Virus record (IMG/VR): IMGVR_UViG_3300016649_000227
Location: 1-26,484 of that record
Length of the DNA: 26,484 nucleotides
Source of the DNA: a virus
Taxonomy: Duplodnaviria; Caudoviricetes
Strand: one strand, 5' to 3'
Below are positions 1 to 8,771 of the stretch, piece after piece. A program made the position numbers and the translations under genes. The notes under the pieces were generated by a model. The model had not been told where the DNA came from. It searched no databases and was given only the letters and a program-made list of their open reading frames with translations. Each line of letters starts with the position of its first letter. Positions within the stretch are counted from its first letter, which is position 1.

Positions 1-743
1 CTGAAATTGGCGCACGCGATATTGCCAGCATATTAGAAATTTATATTGAACAGGGTAAAGGAAGAATGGCCCAAATGGTGCGCTCAGTTATCAGCGACCT
101 TTTCAAAGAAGCTCAGCATATGGGTGAGGTTCCGGTGGGGTATAACCCGGCGATTGCTACCAGGCAGCCGAGGGCAAAAGTAACCAGGCAACGGCTTTCT
201 CTCGATGAATGGAAGGCCATATATTCGAAGGCTTCAGATCAGCCGGCTTATGTTCGGCGCGGCATGATGATTGCGATACTCACCGGGCAGCGGGTCGGAG
301 ATATTGCGGCCATGAAATTCTCTGATATCTGGGATGATAAACTTCACGTGATCCAGCAAAAGACCGGGGCAAAGGTAGCAATCCCATTATCTATTCGCTG
401 TGACGTATTGGATATTTGTCTCCGGGACGTGATCGCCGAATGTCGTGATGTCGTCTTGAGTAAATGGATCCTGCATCATCACAGATCACTGAGTAACTGC
501 GAACGCGGTGGCCAGCTGAATCAGGATACTTTATCTCGGGGTTTTGCGAAGGCAAGAGACCAGTCAGGTATTAAATTTGATGCTAATTCTCCCCCAACGT
601 TCCATGAGCAACGGTCTTTATGTGAACGCCTATACAGCGCTCAGGGCATCGATACACAAAGTCTTTTGGGCCATAAAACCAGCCAGATGACAGAAAAATA
701 TCATGATGATCGGGGTAAAGAATGGAAGGAGGTTGCGGTTTAA
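1..743 (+). CDS. int: Tyrosine integrase of the lambda Int family, 5'-truncated by the window edge
   Basis: Frame is open from base 3. Catalytic motifs TGQRVGDI (R), QQKTG (K), PPTFHEQRSL (HxxR), LLGHK (H), KYHDDRGKEW (Y) closely resemble the lambda Int C-terminus. Confidence 0.95.
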   Translation, partial: EIGARDIASILEIYIEQGKGRMAQMVRSVISDLFKEAQHMGEVPVGYNPAIATRQPRAKVTRQRLSLDEWKAIYSKASDQPAYVRRGMMIAILTGQRVGDIAAMKFSDIWDDKLHVIQQKTGAKVAIPLSIRCDVLDICLRDVIAECRDVVLSKWILHHHRSLSNCERGGQLNQDTLSRGFAKARDQSGIKFDANSPPTFHEQRSLCERLYSAQGIDTQSLLGHKTSQMTEKYHDDRGKEWKEVAV

Positions 744-995
744 TTCTTATGCAGTTTTGCTGAGGAATTTTGCAGGGGTTTTGCAGGAGGGGTAGTTTGA
801 TCAGTAATAACAGCTATTTACCCTCCTGCGCGGCTGTACCAGTGATAGGCAGTTTAATGGATGTTAACTATATGTTTTTTATCTATATTAATTTAAATTT
901 TCCATTTTTTATATGAACAGCGCCAGCCATGCACTCTCATGTATTTGCTAGGAAAAAATTTAGTTTTGCAGAAGGGATTTTTCAGACTTACCTCA
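744..995. other. Probable att region (attP-like)
   Basis: Non-coding AT-rich interval between convergent int and the tail-side gene, with arm-like repeats at both ends; the core sequence cannot be defined from this window. Confidence 0.6.
755..790 (+). repeat. Three tandem direct repeats, probable integrase arm-type sites
   Basis: TTTTGCTGAGG (755-765), TTTTGCAGGGG (768-778), TTTTGCAGGAG (779-789) immediately after the int stop; a fourth copy TTTTGCAGAAG lies at 964-974. Confidence 0.7.
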
Positions 996-1235
996 TCACA
1001 TCACATAACCCATATTCATCAGGAAATAACACTTATCGTCGCCGTGGTGATCTGTGTAATCACGAAACCACGTTTGATATCGCACTATCCATTCGTTCGC
1101 CTCCTGCTGCGACCAAAAGTGATTCACCTTGGCCAGTTCCTGAACGAAACGAACCGTGGTTACTACATTCCCTTTCTTCGGATCTCGCGTAATGCTATTG
1201 CGAAAAGCGACATTAATATCTGAATTTCTAGCCAT
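996..1235 (-). CDS. Small SOS-regulated phage protein (79 aa, MARNSDINVAFRNSI...); family often loosely annotated 'DNA polymerase V'-associated or hypothetical
   Basis: ORF track 996..1259; ATG at 1235 preferred because GTGGGG precedes it and the upstream ATG lies inside the LexA box. Motif VTTxxFVxELxKVNxxWSxxEANxWI recalled from enterobacterial prophages. Confidence 0.7.
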   Translation of the reverse strand: MARNSDINVAFRNSITRDPKKGNVVTTVRFVQELAKVNHFWSQQEANEWIVRYQTWFRDYTDHHGDDKCYFLMNMGYVM

Positions 1236-1249
1236 ATAACCCCACAATA

Positions 1250-1269
1250 TACTGTTCATGCATACAGTA
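1250..1269. promoter_or_regulatory. LexA (SOS) box
   Basis: TACTGTTCATGCATACAGTA = TA-CTG-N10-CAG-TA, with palindromic flanks AATA/TATT, 14 bp upstream of the ATG at 1235. Confidence 0.9.
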
Positions 1270-1341
1270 TATTATTGTTGAAGCAACTTTGTGAAGGGAT
1301 GTGCGGGATAGGAATCCTAAAAGGCTGATGTGCAAAGCAAC

Positions 1342-1362
1342 AAAAACCCGCCGAAGCGGGTT
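1342..1362 (-). terminator. Rho-independent terminator after the tail fibre gene
   Basis: Minus strand AACCCGC-TTCG-GCGGGTTTTT. Confidence 0.88.
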
Positions 1363-1403
1363 CATTTGTGTTTACAGGTCAATTAGCTATTGAGTGGTAG
1401 CTA

Positions 1404-4367
1404 TCATAAAGCTGGTAACCCAAGAGCCCTCATCAATGCGGCAACGATTGCATATCCTCCGGTATCAGGGTCTGGGTGAATTCCGTCCGATATCATCCAC
1501 GGACGCGAACTCCCATATGCGTAATCAGCCGGATTCAAACCGAATGACTGCTGCAACCAGAGGAATCCAACATCACGATCATCACGCGCTATCTCATACA
1601 TTGCTTGCGCATATTTTGTCATGGGGTAGGTATTGGTAGTTCGCTGATTCTCCTGTGGGCAAACAAGCAAAATGTCTGTCGTTGGCCGCGCTGCTCTTAT
1701 CCTATCAATCATCGTGATGATATTTGCTTTGAACGTTTCGGGCGCCATTGCTGCACCCTGGTCATTCGTTCCCATCATAATGGTTGTTAGGTTAGCTTCT
1801 AAGCTCCCAAAGCTTGACTGCCAGCGAGCTGCATTACGTGCTATCCAGTCTGCAGTAGATGAGCCAGATGCCCCCAATTTGTGACAAATAACACCAGCGG
1901 CAGAAGCGTCTACGATATTCATACCATATAACTTCACTGTTCCAGAAATAACAGTAATTGTCATAGTTCCGTTATTTGTGGTTGGAATATCAGTCAATGG
2001 TATTGCCTGAATTCCTACCGGAAGTGCCGATAAATCAATCTGCGTTGCTGCGCTCATTCCGGTGGCTTGATAACTAATTACCCCACTACCTCCTTCTGCA
2101 AGCAAAGTATGCGATCGAGACAATCTGAAATCCTCAGACCAGGACAAAGTAGAACCAGCAGTTGAACTTTGCATAACAGAGATGTCTGGCGAGTCACCAC
2201 CATAATACGTACCAACAAACCCTGACTGAGTAACCGCTGATGGATTTACTATGCTGCCATTCTGGGATGATGCAGTATCAGCTCCACCAAACGAAAGGTA
2301 TCCCCACCCTATTGGGCCAGAAGAAACATTAGCAGCCCCTGACTGGTACAGTGACCATAAGCGGCGGGCGCATCTTAAAGGGTAGCGAGATGAATCTCTT
2401 GTATAACTATCCCCAATCATCGCCCATGTTAGCCTTGCTGTTAAGCCAGTTGCTGAGAAGCTTAGTTTATTCAACCTTTGATGCGTTTCTCTTAGTCTCT
2501 CCAAACCGAATGAATCTGGTACTCTTTCTTCTGGTGCTACAGATGATCCGACCTCTACCGGCTCTCCATTAGGAAGCTTACCCTTTATGGCGTAAGAAAA
2601 GTCCACATAATCAGTGCTGGAGGTTCCTTCCTCAAGCTGGAATCTGTCAATATTTGCAACGGCAAGTGTCACCCTTACAAAAGCAGCATTTGTGGGTGTA
2701 CTTAAGGCTGTCACGCTGGTGATTGTTGAGATGAAAGCTTTGCGAGTGTCATAGAAACTAACAAATCGCATACTTTTATTACCCGTGTATGCTGTTGAGG
2801 CCTTCACTGGTAGGTAATCTGAGAACTTATAAGACGCACCGCCGGGAGCAACGAACCCATTTTCATCAATGTATCCGGCAACTAGGGTGTAAGGATTGAA
2901 AATGTTCTTCCCAGAACTAAAGAGACCAATACTGTAAATATCAGGCTCATGAACAGGGTATTTTATATTGTCTCCGTCCAGGGCGCTTGCTGCTTTCAGT
3001 GAGTATGGTTCATATACCGTCATCTCACTCCCTAGTTCTAACTGAAAATAATCAATGCGAGCAAGAAGAACCGTAACTCGAACATAAACCGCAGATTCAG
3101 GGACACTAAATGCGATGTTCTGGTTTTGAATGGATGACAGCCATTTTTTATTTTTATCATAAAAATTTCCATATCGCACGGACTGTGAAGGCTGTAATAG
3201 GTCCCCTGTTTTGACATTAATGTAATCAGAGACGCAGTAAGTCGAGGCTACAATCAGAGCGCCTGTTTCGTTGATTGCATAACCCGGAGTTGCGACAGAC
3301 TTGTCAAAAAGGTTTTTTCCGGCACCTATACCCATGGCGTTACGAATAGAGATCGGTGTCCCATCAAGAAGCGCACTGGAAACGTTTTTATTATATTTTT
3401 TAAACTTTGTTTTTAATGTTCCAGATTCAATTTGTAAAAGCTCTTTTGACCCCATGCCGCCAGTTATGCGTATAAATGCTGTATGTTCAGGGGTCGTAAA
3501 CTGAGTCTGGTACGTTAAGAAACTCAGAATATTTTTATTGGCATCCATAAAATGCACGAACCGCAAACTGTAGTTACTAACATAAGGAACTGAAGCAGAA
3601 ACAGGAATATAGTCTGACAAAAAATAAATTGCATTATCACTTACAATACCTTGTTCATTTAGATACTTCCCATCATTGGCAGAACGATAATTATAAATGT
3701 TGCTCCCGAGCGACAGGGTTATATTATCAGCAATTAAAGAATAAACCTCATCAATAGCCTGTTTTGACGGCATTTTACGACCTGTATCCGTCAGCACCCC
3801 GCCGGTATTGATGTACTCAATAGCCAGTGATTCATCATCAGAACTTCGCACGAATGTTGCAGACCCGTCAGGGATGTTTGCAATATCGGCCTGGGCGGCG
3901 GCCAATGTCATATACTGCCTGCTAAGTGGGACAAGGTTCGTCAGTGGGTCTTCAACCGCGCCAACCACCTTTGCAATATGTCCCCAGCTTGGACCGGTAT
4001 ACTGAGTGCGATCTGGGCGCGTAACGGTAACTGACGGTTCATCACTGTAAATTCCCTGCCAATTCTCAAAGTCGAGAATGCGGCCGCGTGCTACCTGCGC
4101 GAAGTCGTTGATCACTTTCTGCGTAATAGCCATCTGAAGCAAAGCTGGCACGGAATTCCAGGACAGTCCGGTTGATGTAGGGCCGGTGAACGCTTCGGTA
4201 AGAGTGATTTCAATATCTGATACTACCGCGGAAGCGACAATAGTATAGGGAGCGCCACCCACGTTAACGTACATAAAATCACCGGCTTTTAGCTCCGTAG
4301 TGAAGCTGGTTCCGCTACCGATAACTTTGTTAGAACCATTGGTTAAATCAATAGTGCCTGCTGGCAT
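1404..4367 (-). CDS. Side tail fibre/tailspike with three repeated beta-rich modules and a C-terminal SGNH/GDSL esterase
   Basis: 987 aa directly after J. Phage anchor N-terminus (MPAGTIDLTNGS...; YMTLAAAQADIANIPDGS); SGNH blocks IGDSY, LGASG, MGTND, DGIHP. Confidence 0.85.
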   Translation of the reverse strand: MPAGTIDLTNGSNKVIGSGTSFTTELKAGDFMYVNVGGAPYTIVASAVVSDIEITLTEAFTGPTSTGLSWNSVPALLQMAITQKVINDFAQVARGRILDFENWQGIYSDEPSVTVTRPDRTQYTGPSWGHIAKVVGAVEDPLTNLVPLSRQYMTLAAAQADIANIPDGSATFVRSSDDESLAIEYINTGGVLTDTGRKMPSKQAIDEVYSLIADNITLSLGSNIYNYRSANDGKYLNEQGIVSDNAIYFLSDYIPVSASVPYVSNYSLRFVHFMDANKNILSFLTYQTQFTTPEHTAFIRITGGMGSKELLQIESGTLKTKFKKYNKNVSSALLDGTPISIRNAMGIGAGKNLFDKSVATPGYAINETGALIVASTYCVSDYINVKTGDLLQPSQSVRYGNFYDKNKKWLSSIQNQNIAFSVPESAVYVRVTVLLARIDYFQLELGSEMTVYEPYSLKAASALDGDNIKYPVHEPDIYSIGLFSSGKNIFNPYTLVAGYIDENGFVAPGGASYKFSDYLPVKASTAYTGNKSMRFVSFYDTRKAFISTITSVTALSTPTNAAFVRVTLAVANIDRFQLEEGTSSTDYVDFSYAIKGKLPNGEPVEVGSSVAPEERVPDSFGLERLRETHQRLNKLSFSATGLTARLTWAMIGDSYTRDSSRYPLRCARRLWSLYQSGAANVSSGPIGWGYLSFGGADTASSQNGSIVNPSAVTQSGFVGTYYGGDSPDISVMQSSTAGSTLSWSEDFRLSRSHTLLAEGGSGVISYQATGMSAATQIDLSALPVGIQAIPLTDIPTTNNGTMTITVISGTVKLYGMNIVDASAAGVICHKLGASGSSTADWIARNAARWQSSFGSLEANLTTIMMGTNDQGAAMAPETFKANIITMIDRIRAARPTTDILLVCPQENQRTTNTYPMTKYAQAMYEIARDDRDVGFLWLQQSFGLNPADYAYGSSRPWMISDGIHPDPDTGGYAIVAALMRALGLPAL

Positions 4368-4381
4368 GATTTTCTCCGGAC

Positions 4382-4438
4382 ATAAAAAACCCGCCTAATA
4401 AACTGTCTGCTTAAATTTGAACAGTATACTTAGCGGGT
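4382..4438 (-). terminator. Terminator-like hairpin with a long interior between J and the fibre gene
   Basis: Minus strand ACCCGCTAA...TTAGGCGGGTTTTTTAT followed by a GGAG RBS. Confidence 0.5.
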
Positions 4439-4445
4439 AATAGGG

Positions 4446-7400
4446 TTAATTTATGATATTTGCGTTACGGTTTGCAAAAACATTAATAGTCTGATTTCCT
4501 ACTATATTTATATTTGCAGGCGAGGACGAAGTATTTCTAAATCTTATACCGATTATTGTATTCCCACTTCCAGAAGGAGAAACAACTTGTCGTGAGCTAA
4601 TAACTTGATTTTGCCCTGTAGAAAGTGTTTCAGTAGCGACAACATTACCCGCCACAACCCAATCCATATATACTAGTCCGGGGCCACCTAATGAAATATT
4701 AATGTAAAATATACCATTACCGTTCGCACTGGTTAACGCAATTTTACGCTCAAAAGAAGTCTGAGCGATCCCACATATGTTGTATTCAGCCGAAGTCTGA
4801 TTGCCACCCAAACTGAATGAACCAACGTTAAAAGACCTGCCGATGGAAAAGTCAGAAAGGTCGCCTACTATCCTGTTAGCATTGAGCGTACCAAGGATTG
4901 TGCAATTCTCATTAATCTGTACATTATTCAGCTCGCCTTCGCTGGCATAAATCTTCCCACGTACAGTAACCCCGGAGAACTCTGCGGTACCATTTTTATT
5001 GATGTGCCATCCCGCCTGACCCGGGATGTACGTATTGGATTCTATGTAGTCCCCAATCATGGCGTTCGTTATCCATGCATTTCCGATGAATGCCTGGCTA
5101 ATAAGCACCTGTCCATCTTTAATAATAAACGGCGAATAAAGATTGTTCCCGCTGCCACTGATGACTACAAACTGATTGGCATTTACGGCAAACCGGGTCT
5201 CTACTGCCGTGCCGTTCACTATCGCTGCAACAGAAATGCCCGCATCGTACTTCGTGCCATTGTAGTTAAGCCCCATCTTCATCGTCCAGATTGCAGATGG
5301 CCCGCTGGCATCGGCATACGCCGTGAATTTCTCCTGGATAACCGCTTCCTGCTCACCAAATTTCGCCGCCACATCCGTTTCGAGCTGAGCGATAGAGCTG
5401 TTCGCATCGGTAGCTATTTTTGTTGCTTCAATAATCCCCGCACGGTTTTCACCGTAGTTTTTCCACTGCTGATCCACGCTGTCATAGTTAGCAAGAATGC
5501 TTTCAGCCAGAAGTTGGGGATCGGTAATCAGCGGCTCTAAAAGCGCTTTACCGTCCTGTGTTTCAAGATATTTTTCCAGCGTGTCATGAATAAGGTCGTT
5601 GGCATCAACATTACTCGCACCGGCGACATATTCCGTCCAGTCCCCCACGTTGCCAATTCTGTCAACCAGTCTGGCCCGGTACCAGCGCCTTATACCTGCC
5701 GGCATTGGACCATGCTGATATGCAGCCCCCGGATAAGGAACGGTGGCCAGCAGCGTTGGGTTTTGATGGTCAGCCGTGGTTGATTGCTGCAGCTCGGTAT
5801 AGGCTGTGTCTCCGCTGCCTACAGGAAATCCCCAGGTGATATCGATATTCCACACGACATTATCGCTGGCGACCAAGTTTATCGGTGTTCCGGGATTACC
5901 CACCTTGCCGTTAAGCGTGGTCAAATCGGAGTATCCCCATGGAGATGACACTTCGACCGCATTAATCGCACGCACACGCACCATATAACTGCCAGCATAA
6001 ATGCCAGGTACTTCAAACGACGTGGCAGAGCTGCGCGGTACGTTTACCCAATTCCCATCGTTACGGCGCCACTGTGCCTCATAGGCGATAGCGTTCTTCG
6101 TTGCGTCCCACGTAGCCCGCATCGTCTGAACGCTGATCCCCTGATTGACCACAGAATAAGAGCCGATCTGAATATTGGCCGGGGCAGACTGGTTGCCCGG
6201 CGGGATAACACTGATCGGGCGTTCGTCGATAATGGCGCCGGTATCTATGCGCGCGTATTTATCCGGATCGTGATACGCCGCGGAAATGGTGAATGTGTTG
6301 TCGTTGTTGTCAGCCACGCTGAGCACGCGGTATTGCTGCGCATACAGCTCGTCAGACTCAACCACCCATACGCTTTCAGATTCCGGTGTTTCGCTGTAAC
6401 CCGTGGTGACGGTGACAACCGTCCCCGACACCGACTGAATTGTGCGTGACTGAGCTGCACCTGATGGAAGATTTAAAATCAGCCGGCCACCAGCAACAGC
6501 ATCCGGCACACGGTCCAAGGTAATCGCGCGACCGTTCACCGAACTTATGCGGCCACCGGTCACTTTTCCCGACAGCATTTCATCGGCAACCGCAATGATG
6601 TAACCAGGCTGTGGGATCATGCCATCCAGCCCGACAGCGAAAGTTATCACCCGATCTTTGTTATTGGTCAGGATACCCCAGCGCCCCTTCCTGTTTGCCT
6701 CTGACTGACGGGTACAGCCAATAGCCGTCAGCTCTAACTGGTTAAAGCCGTAGCGCGTAACCAGATCCTGTTCAAAAACGGGTTCCATAGCATCAGTATA
6801 GGCATTGTCCGGATCAGACCATGACACCAGGGCCGTTGTGTAACGGGTCTTGGTCGTGCTGCTCGAGTAACTGAATTGGCCATTGATGACGTTTGCGCGG
6901 GTGTAGCTGTAATCAACATCGCGCGGCATATCAGCCAGGGCAACAATCTGATTTCCACCCCAATACGTCATGCCTCGGAAGATCGCCGCAAAGTCTCTCA
7001 AAACCGTATAGGCGTCGTTTCGGCTTTGTACGTAAACATTGCAGATATAACGCGGCTCTGTACCGTTTCCGCCTTTACCGTCAGGAACCATCTGATCGCA
7101 ATATTGTGCGACCTGGTAAAGTTCCCATTTGTCGATGTTAGCCGCGGTGAGACGGTTACCCAGACCAAACCGATCGGTGACGACAAGGTCATAGAAAACC
7201 CATGCTGGGTTATCTGACCATGCCCATTTAAAAGCACCGGTCCATGTGCCGCTGTAAGTGCGTGTAACCGGGTCATAGGTATCCGGCACGCGAATGACGC
7301 GGCCCTGTGGCTCACATGAAATCTGAGGGATCGAACCATTGAACTGGCTGGAATCAAATTCGATATACAGCAGCGCTGTATTCGGATACCTCAGTTTTGC

Positions 7401-8051
7401 ATCAATGACTTCCGTGTAGCTCTGGATAGTCATTGCATCACCAATCTTGGCACTGTTCGCATCTGCCGTAATCTTGCGCAGACGAATTGTCCAGGTGGAG
7501 CCTGCCGTTGGGAGGTCAATGCGATGGCTGCGCTCGTATCCTGACGTTGTTTTGCCAGTAACCGCTGTGTTGATTACCGTCTGAAATGCTCCACCGTCGG
7601 TTTGCAGCTCGATGGTGTAATTGATCGAATACCCAACCAGATCCCCATCGTCTTCTTGCTTGAAGAGTGACGGCCATTTCAGGCGCAGACGGATAGCGGA
7701 AAGCTGGGTATTAGTGAAAGTATGCGCCCAGGCAACCGTGCTTTTTACCTCCGTGCCCACGCTAATTTCGTTCTCAGTACCCGGCAATCCCTGAATATAG
7801 AATTGAGCCTGCGTCCCGGGGCGGAACTCCCACAACACCCCGCTGAAATTGCTCGAACCGTCACTGTTCAGAAGCGGAGTTCCGTCCAGAAAAATGGATT
7901 GTCCTGTCAGGCCACCGCCGAATTCCCCCTCACCCAAAGCGATAAGCAGTTTTGCCTTCGCGATGGACTGAAGGTCGTCTGGTTGTTCTACGGGCGTGCG
8001 GGATGAAGAACTGCCACCTTTGTGGCCATTAATTTTGGTTGCGGTTGCCAT
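4446..8051 (-). CDS. J: Central tail fibre / host specificity protein J
   Basis: 1201 aa; GHKGGSS..PVEQPDDLQS, YPNTAL, AWSDNPAW, GCTRQSEANRKGRW, FN3-like regions, RFAVNANQF; position after I. Confidence 0.95.
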   Translation of the reverse strand: MATATKINGHKGGSSSSRTPVEQPDDLQSIAKAKLLIALGEGEFGGGLTGQSIFLDGTPLLNSDGSSNFSGVLWEFRPGTQAQFYIQGLPGTENEISVGTEVKSTVAWAHTFTNTQLSAIRLRLKWPSLFKQEDDGDLVGYSINYTIELQTDGGAFQTVINTAVTGKTTSGYERSHRIDLPTAGSTWTIRLRKITADANSAKIGDAMTIQSYTEVIDAKLRYPNTALLYIEFDSSQFNGSIPQISCEPQGRVIRVPDTYDPVTRTYSGTWTGAFKWAWSDNPAWVFYDLVVTDRFGLGNRLTAANIDKWELYQVAQYCDQMVPDGKGGNGTEPRYICNVYVQSRNDAYTVLRDFAAIFRGMTYWGGNQIVALADMPRDVDYSYTRANVINGQFSYSSSTTKTRYTTALVSWSDPDNAYTDAMEPVFEQDLVTRYGFNQLELTAIGCTRQSEANRKGRWGILTNNKDRVITFAVGLDGMIPQPGYIIAVADEMLSGKVTGGRISSVNGRAITLDRVPDAVAGGRLILNLPSGAAQSRTIQSVSGTVVTVTTGYSETPESESVWVVESDELYAQQYRVLSVADNNDNTFTISAAYHDPDKYARIDTGAIIDERPISVIPPGNQSAPANIQIGSYSVVNQGISVQTMRATWDATKNAIAYEAQWRRNDGNWVNVPRSSATSFEVPGIYAGSYMVRVRAINAVEVSSPWGYSDLTTLNGKVGNPGTPINLVASDNVVWNIDITWGFPVGSGDTAYTELQQSTTADHQNPTLLATVPYPGAAYQHGPMPAGIRRWYRARLVDRIGNVGDWTEYVAGASNVDANDLIHDTLEKYLETQDGKALLEPLITDPQLLAESILANYDSVDQQWKNYGENRAGIIEATKIATDANSSIAQLETDVAAKFGEQEAVIQEKFTAYADASGPSAIWTMKMGLNYNGTKYDAGISVAAIVNGTAVETRFAVNANQFVVISGSGNNLYSPFIIKDGQVLISQAFIGNAWITNAMIGDYIESNTYIPGQAGWHINKNGTAEFSGVTVRGKIYASEGELNNVQINENCTILGTLNANRIVGDLSDFSIGRSFNVGSFSLGGNQTSAEYNICGIAQTSFERKIALTSANGNGIFYINISLGGPGLVYMDWVVAGNVVATETLSTGQNQVISSRQVVSPSGSGNTIIGIRFRNTSSSPANINIVGNQTINVFANRNANIIN

Positions 8052-8060
8052 ATTGCGCCC

Positions 8061-8087
8061 ATAAAAAAAGGCCGCCGTGGCGACCTT
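8061..8087 (-). terminator. Intrinsic terminator-like hairpin between I and J
   Basis: AAGGTCGCC-AC-GGCGGCCTTTTTTTAT on the minus strand. Confidence 0.7.
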
Positions 8088-8111
8088 AGATGGAAGAATT
8101 AGGTGATGGGG

Positions 8112-8729
8112 TTATTGCTGGTCTTCTACATAAATACCGGCGGAAATAATAGCGCCGCCGATCCGGCGTTTTCCATAAAGAAGCGGAACAGGATAGCCCT
8201 GAGCGGCCGTATTCGTGACACCACCAAAGGCATAGGAAGCCTGGTTATCTGCATCTTGCTTACTGGCGAGACCGGAGGTCTGCGGCGAGAGCATTTGAAT
8301 GACGCCGCCAATTGCCATTGCGGCCCCAACTTTGATCATGCCAGCGGCGACGGCTCCACCAATACCAGTCCATCCAGCTAAAGCACCAACAACTACGCCA
8401 GCAACAACAAGAACTGCACCTAAAATTGTTTGCAGCGCGCCAGCGCGTTTGCTTCCTATCGTAACTGGAACAATTTTTATTGTTTCTTCGGTAATTGGAT
8501 AACCCAGGTCGTCGAAGCCAATGTTTCTTTTCCCTACAAATACCGCATAGGTGAGACCCCGAAGCTTACTGGTATTAAGGAATCTCTCAAAATTAGAGAT
8601 AGTCTTACACAGAGCATGTATGGCTTCCGCTTTGGTACGCACCAGTCGTTGATGCGTTTTACCAAATGTCTTTGCGAGCAGCCCATATAACTCAATTGTT
8701 GCCAACTTTTCAGGAATAGCCTCTACCAT
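8112..8729 (-). CDS. I: Tail assembly protein I
   Basis: IELYGLLAKTFG, Gly/Ala hydrophobic stretch, NTAAQGYPVPLLYGKRRIGGAIISAGI. Confidence 0.93.
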   Translation of the reverse strand: MVEAIPEKLATIELYGLLAKTFGKTHQRLVRTKAEAIHALCKTISNFERFLNTSKLRGLTYAVFVGKRNIGFDDLGYPITEETIKIVPVTIGSKRAGALQTILGAVLVVAGVVVGALAGWTGIGGAVAAGMIKVGAAMAIGGVIQMLSPQTSGLASKQDADNQASYAFGGVTNTAAQGYPVPLLYGKRRIGGAIISAGIYVEDQQ

Positions 8730-8741
8730 AAATTAATCCCC

Positions 8742-8768
8742 ATAAAAAAAGCCGCCTAAGCGACTTTT
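8742..8768 (-). terminator. Intrinsic terminator after the moron
   Basis: AAAAGTCGC-TTAG-GCGGCTTTTTTTAT on the minus strand. Confidence 0.75.
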
Positions 8769-8771
8769 AAT

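Noticed and set aside
755-790. CRISPR or microsatellite interpretation of the short repeats
   Set aside because: Units are 11-13 bp without spacers; position next to int fits arm-type sites
744-995. tRNA fragment as the att core
   Set aside because: No recognisable T-arm (GTTCGA)/CCA pattern in this interval on either strand
929-1223. Plus-strand ORFs 929..1192 and 939..1223
   Set aside because: Antisense to the better supported SOS-box gene and overlapping the att region; no recognisable motifs
4400-4430. Second LexA box (minus strand TACTGTTCA half-site identical to the box at 1250)
   Set aside because: CTG-to-CAG spacing is 12 or 16 nt, not 10
1404-4900. Diversity-generating retroelement or invertible tail-fibre cassette
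   Set aside because: No reverse transcriptase, invertase, or duplicated template/variable repeat seen
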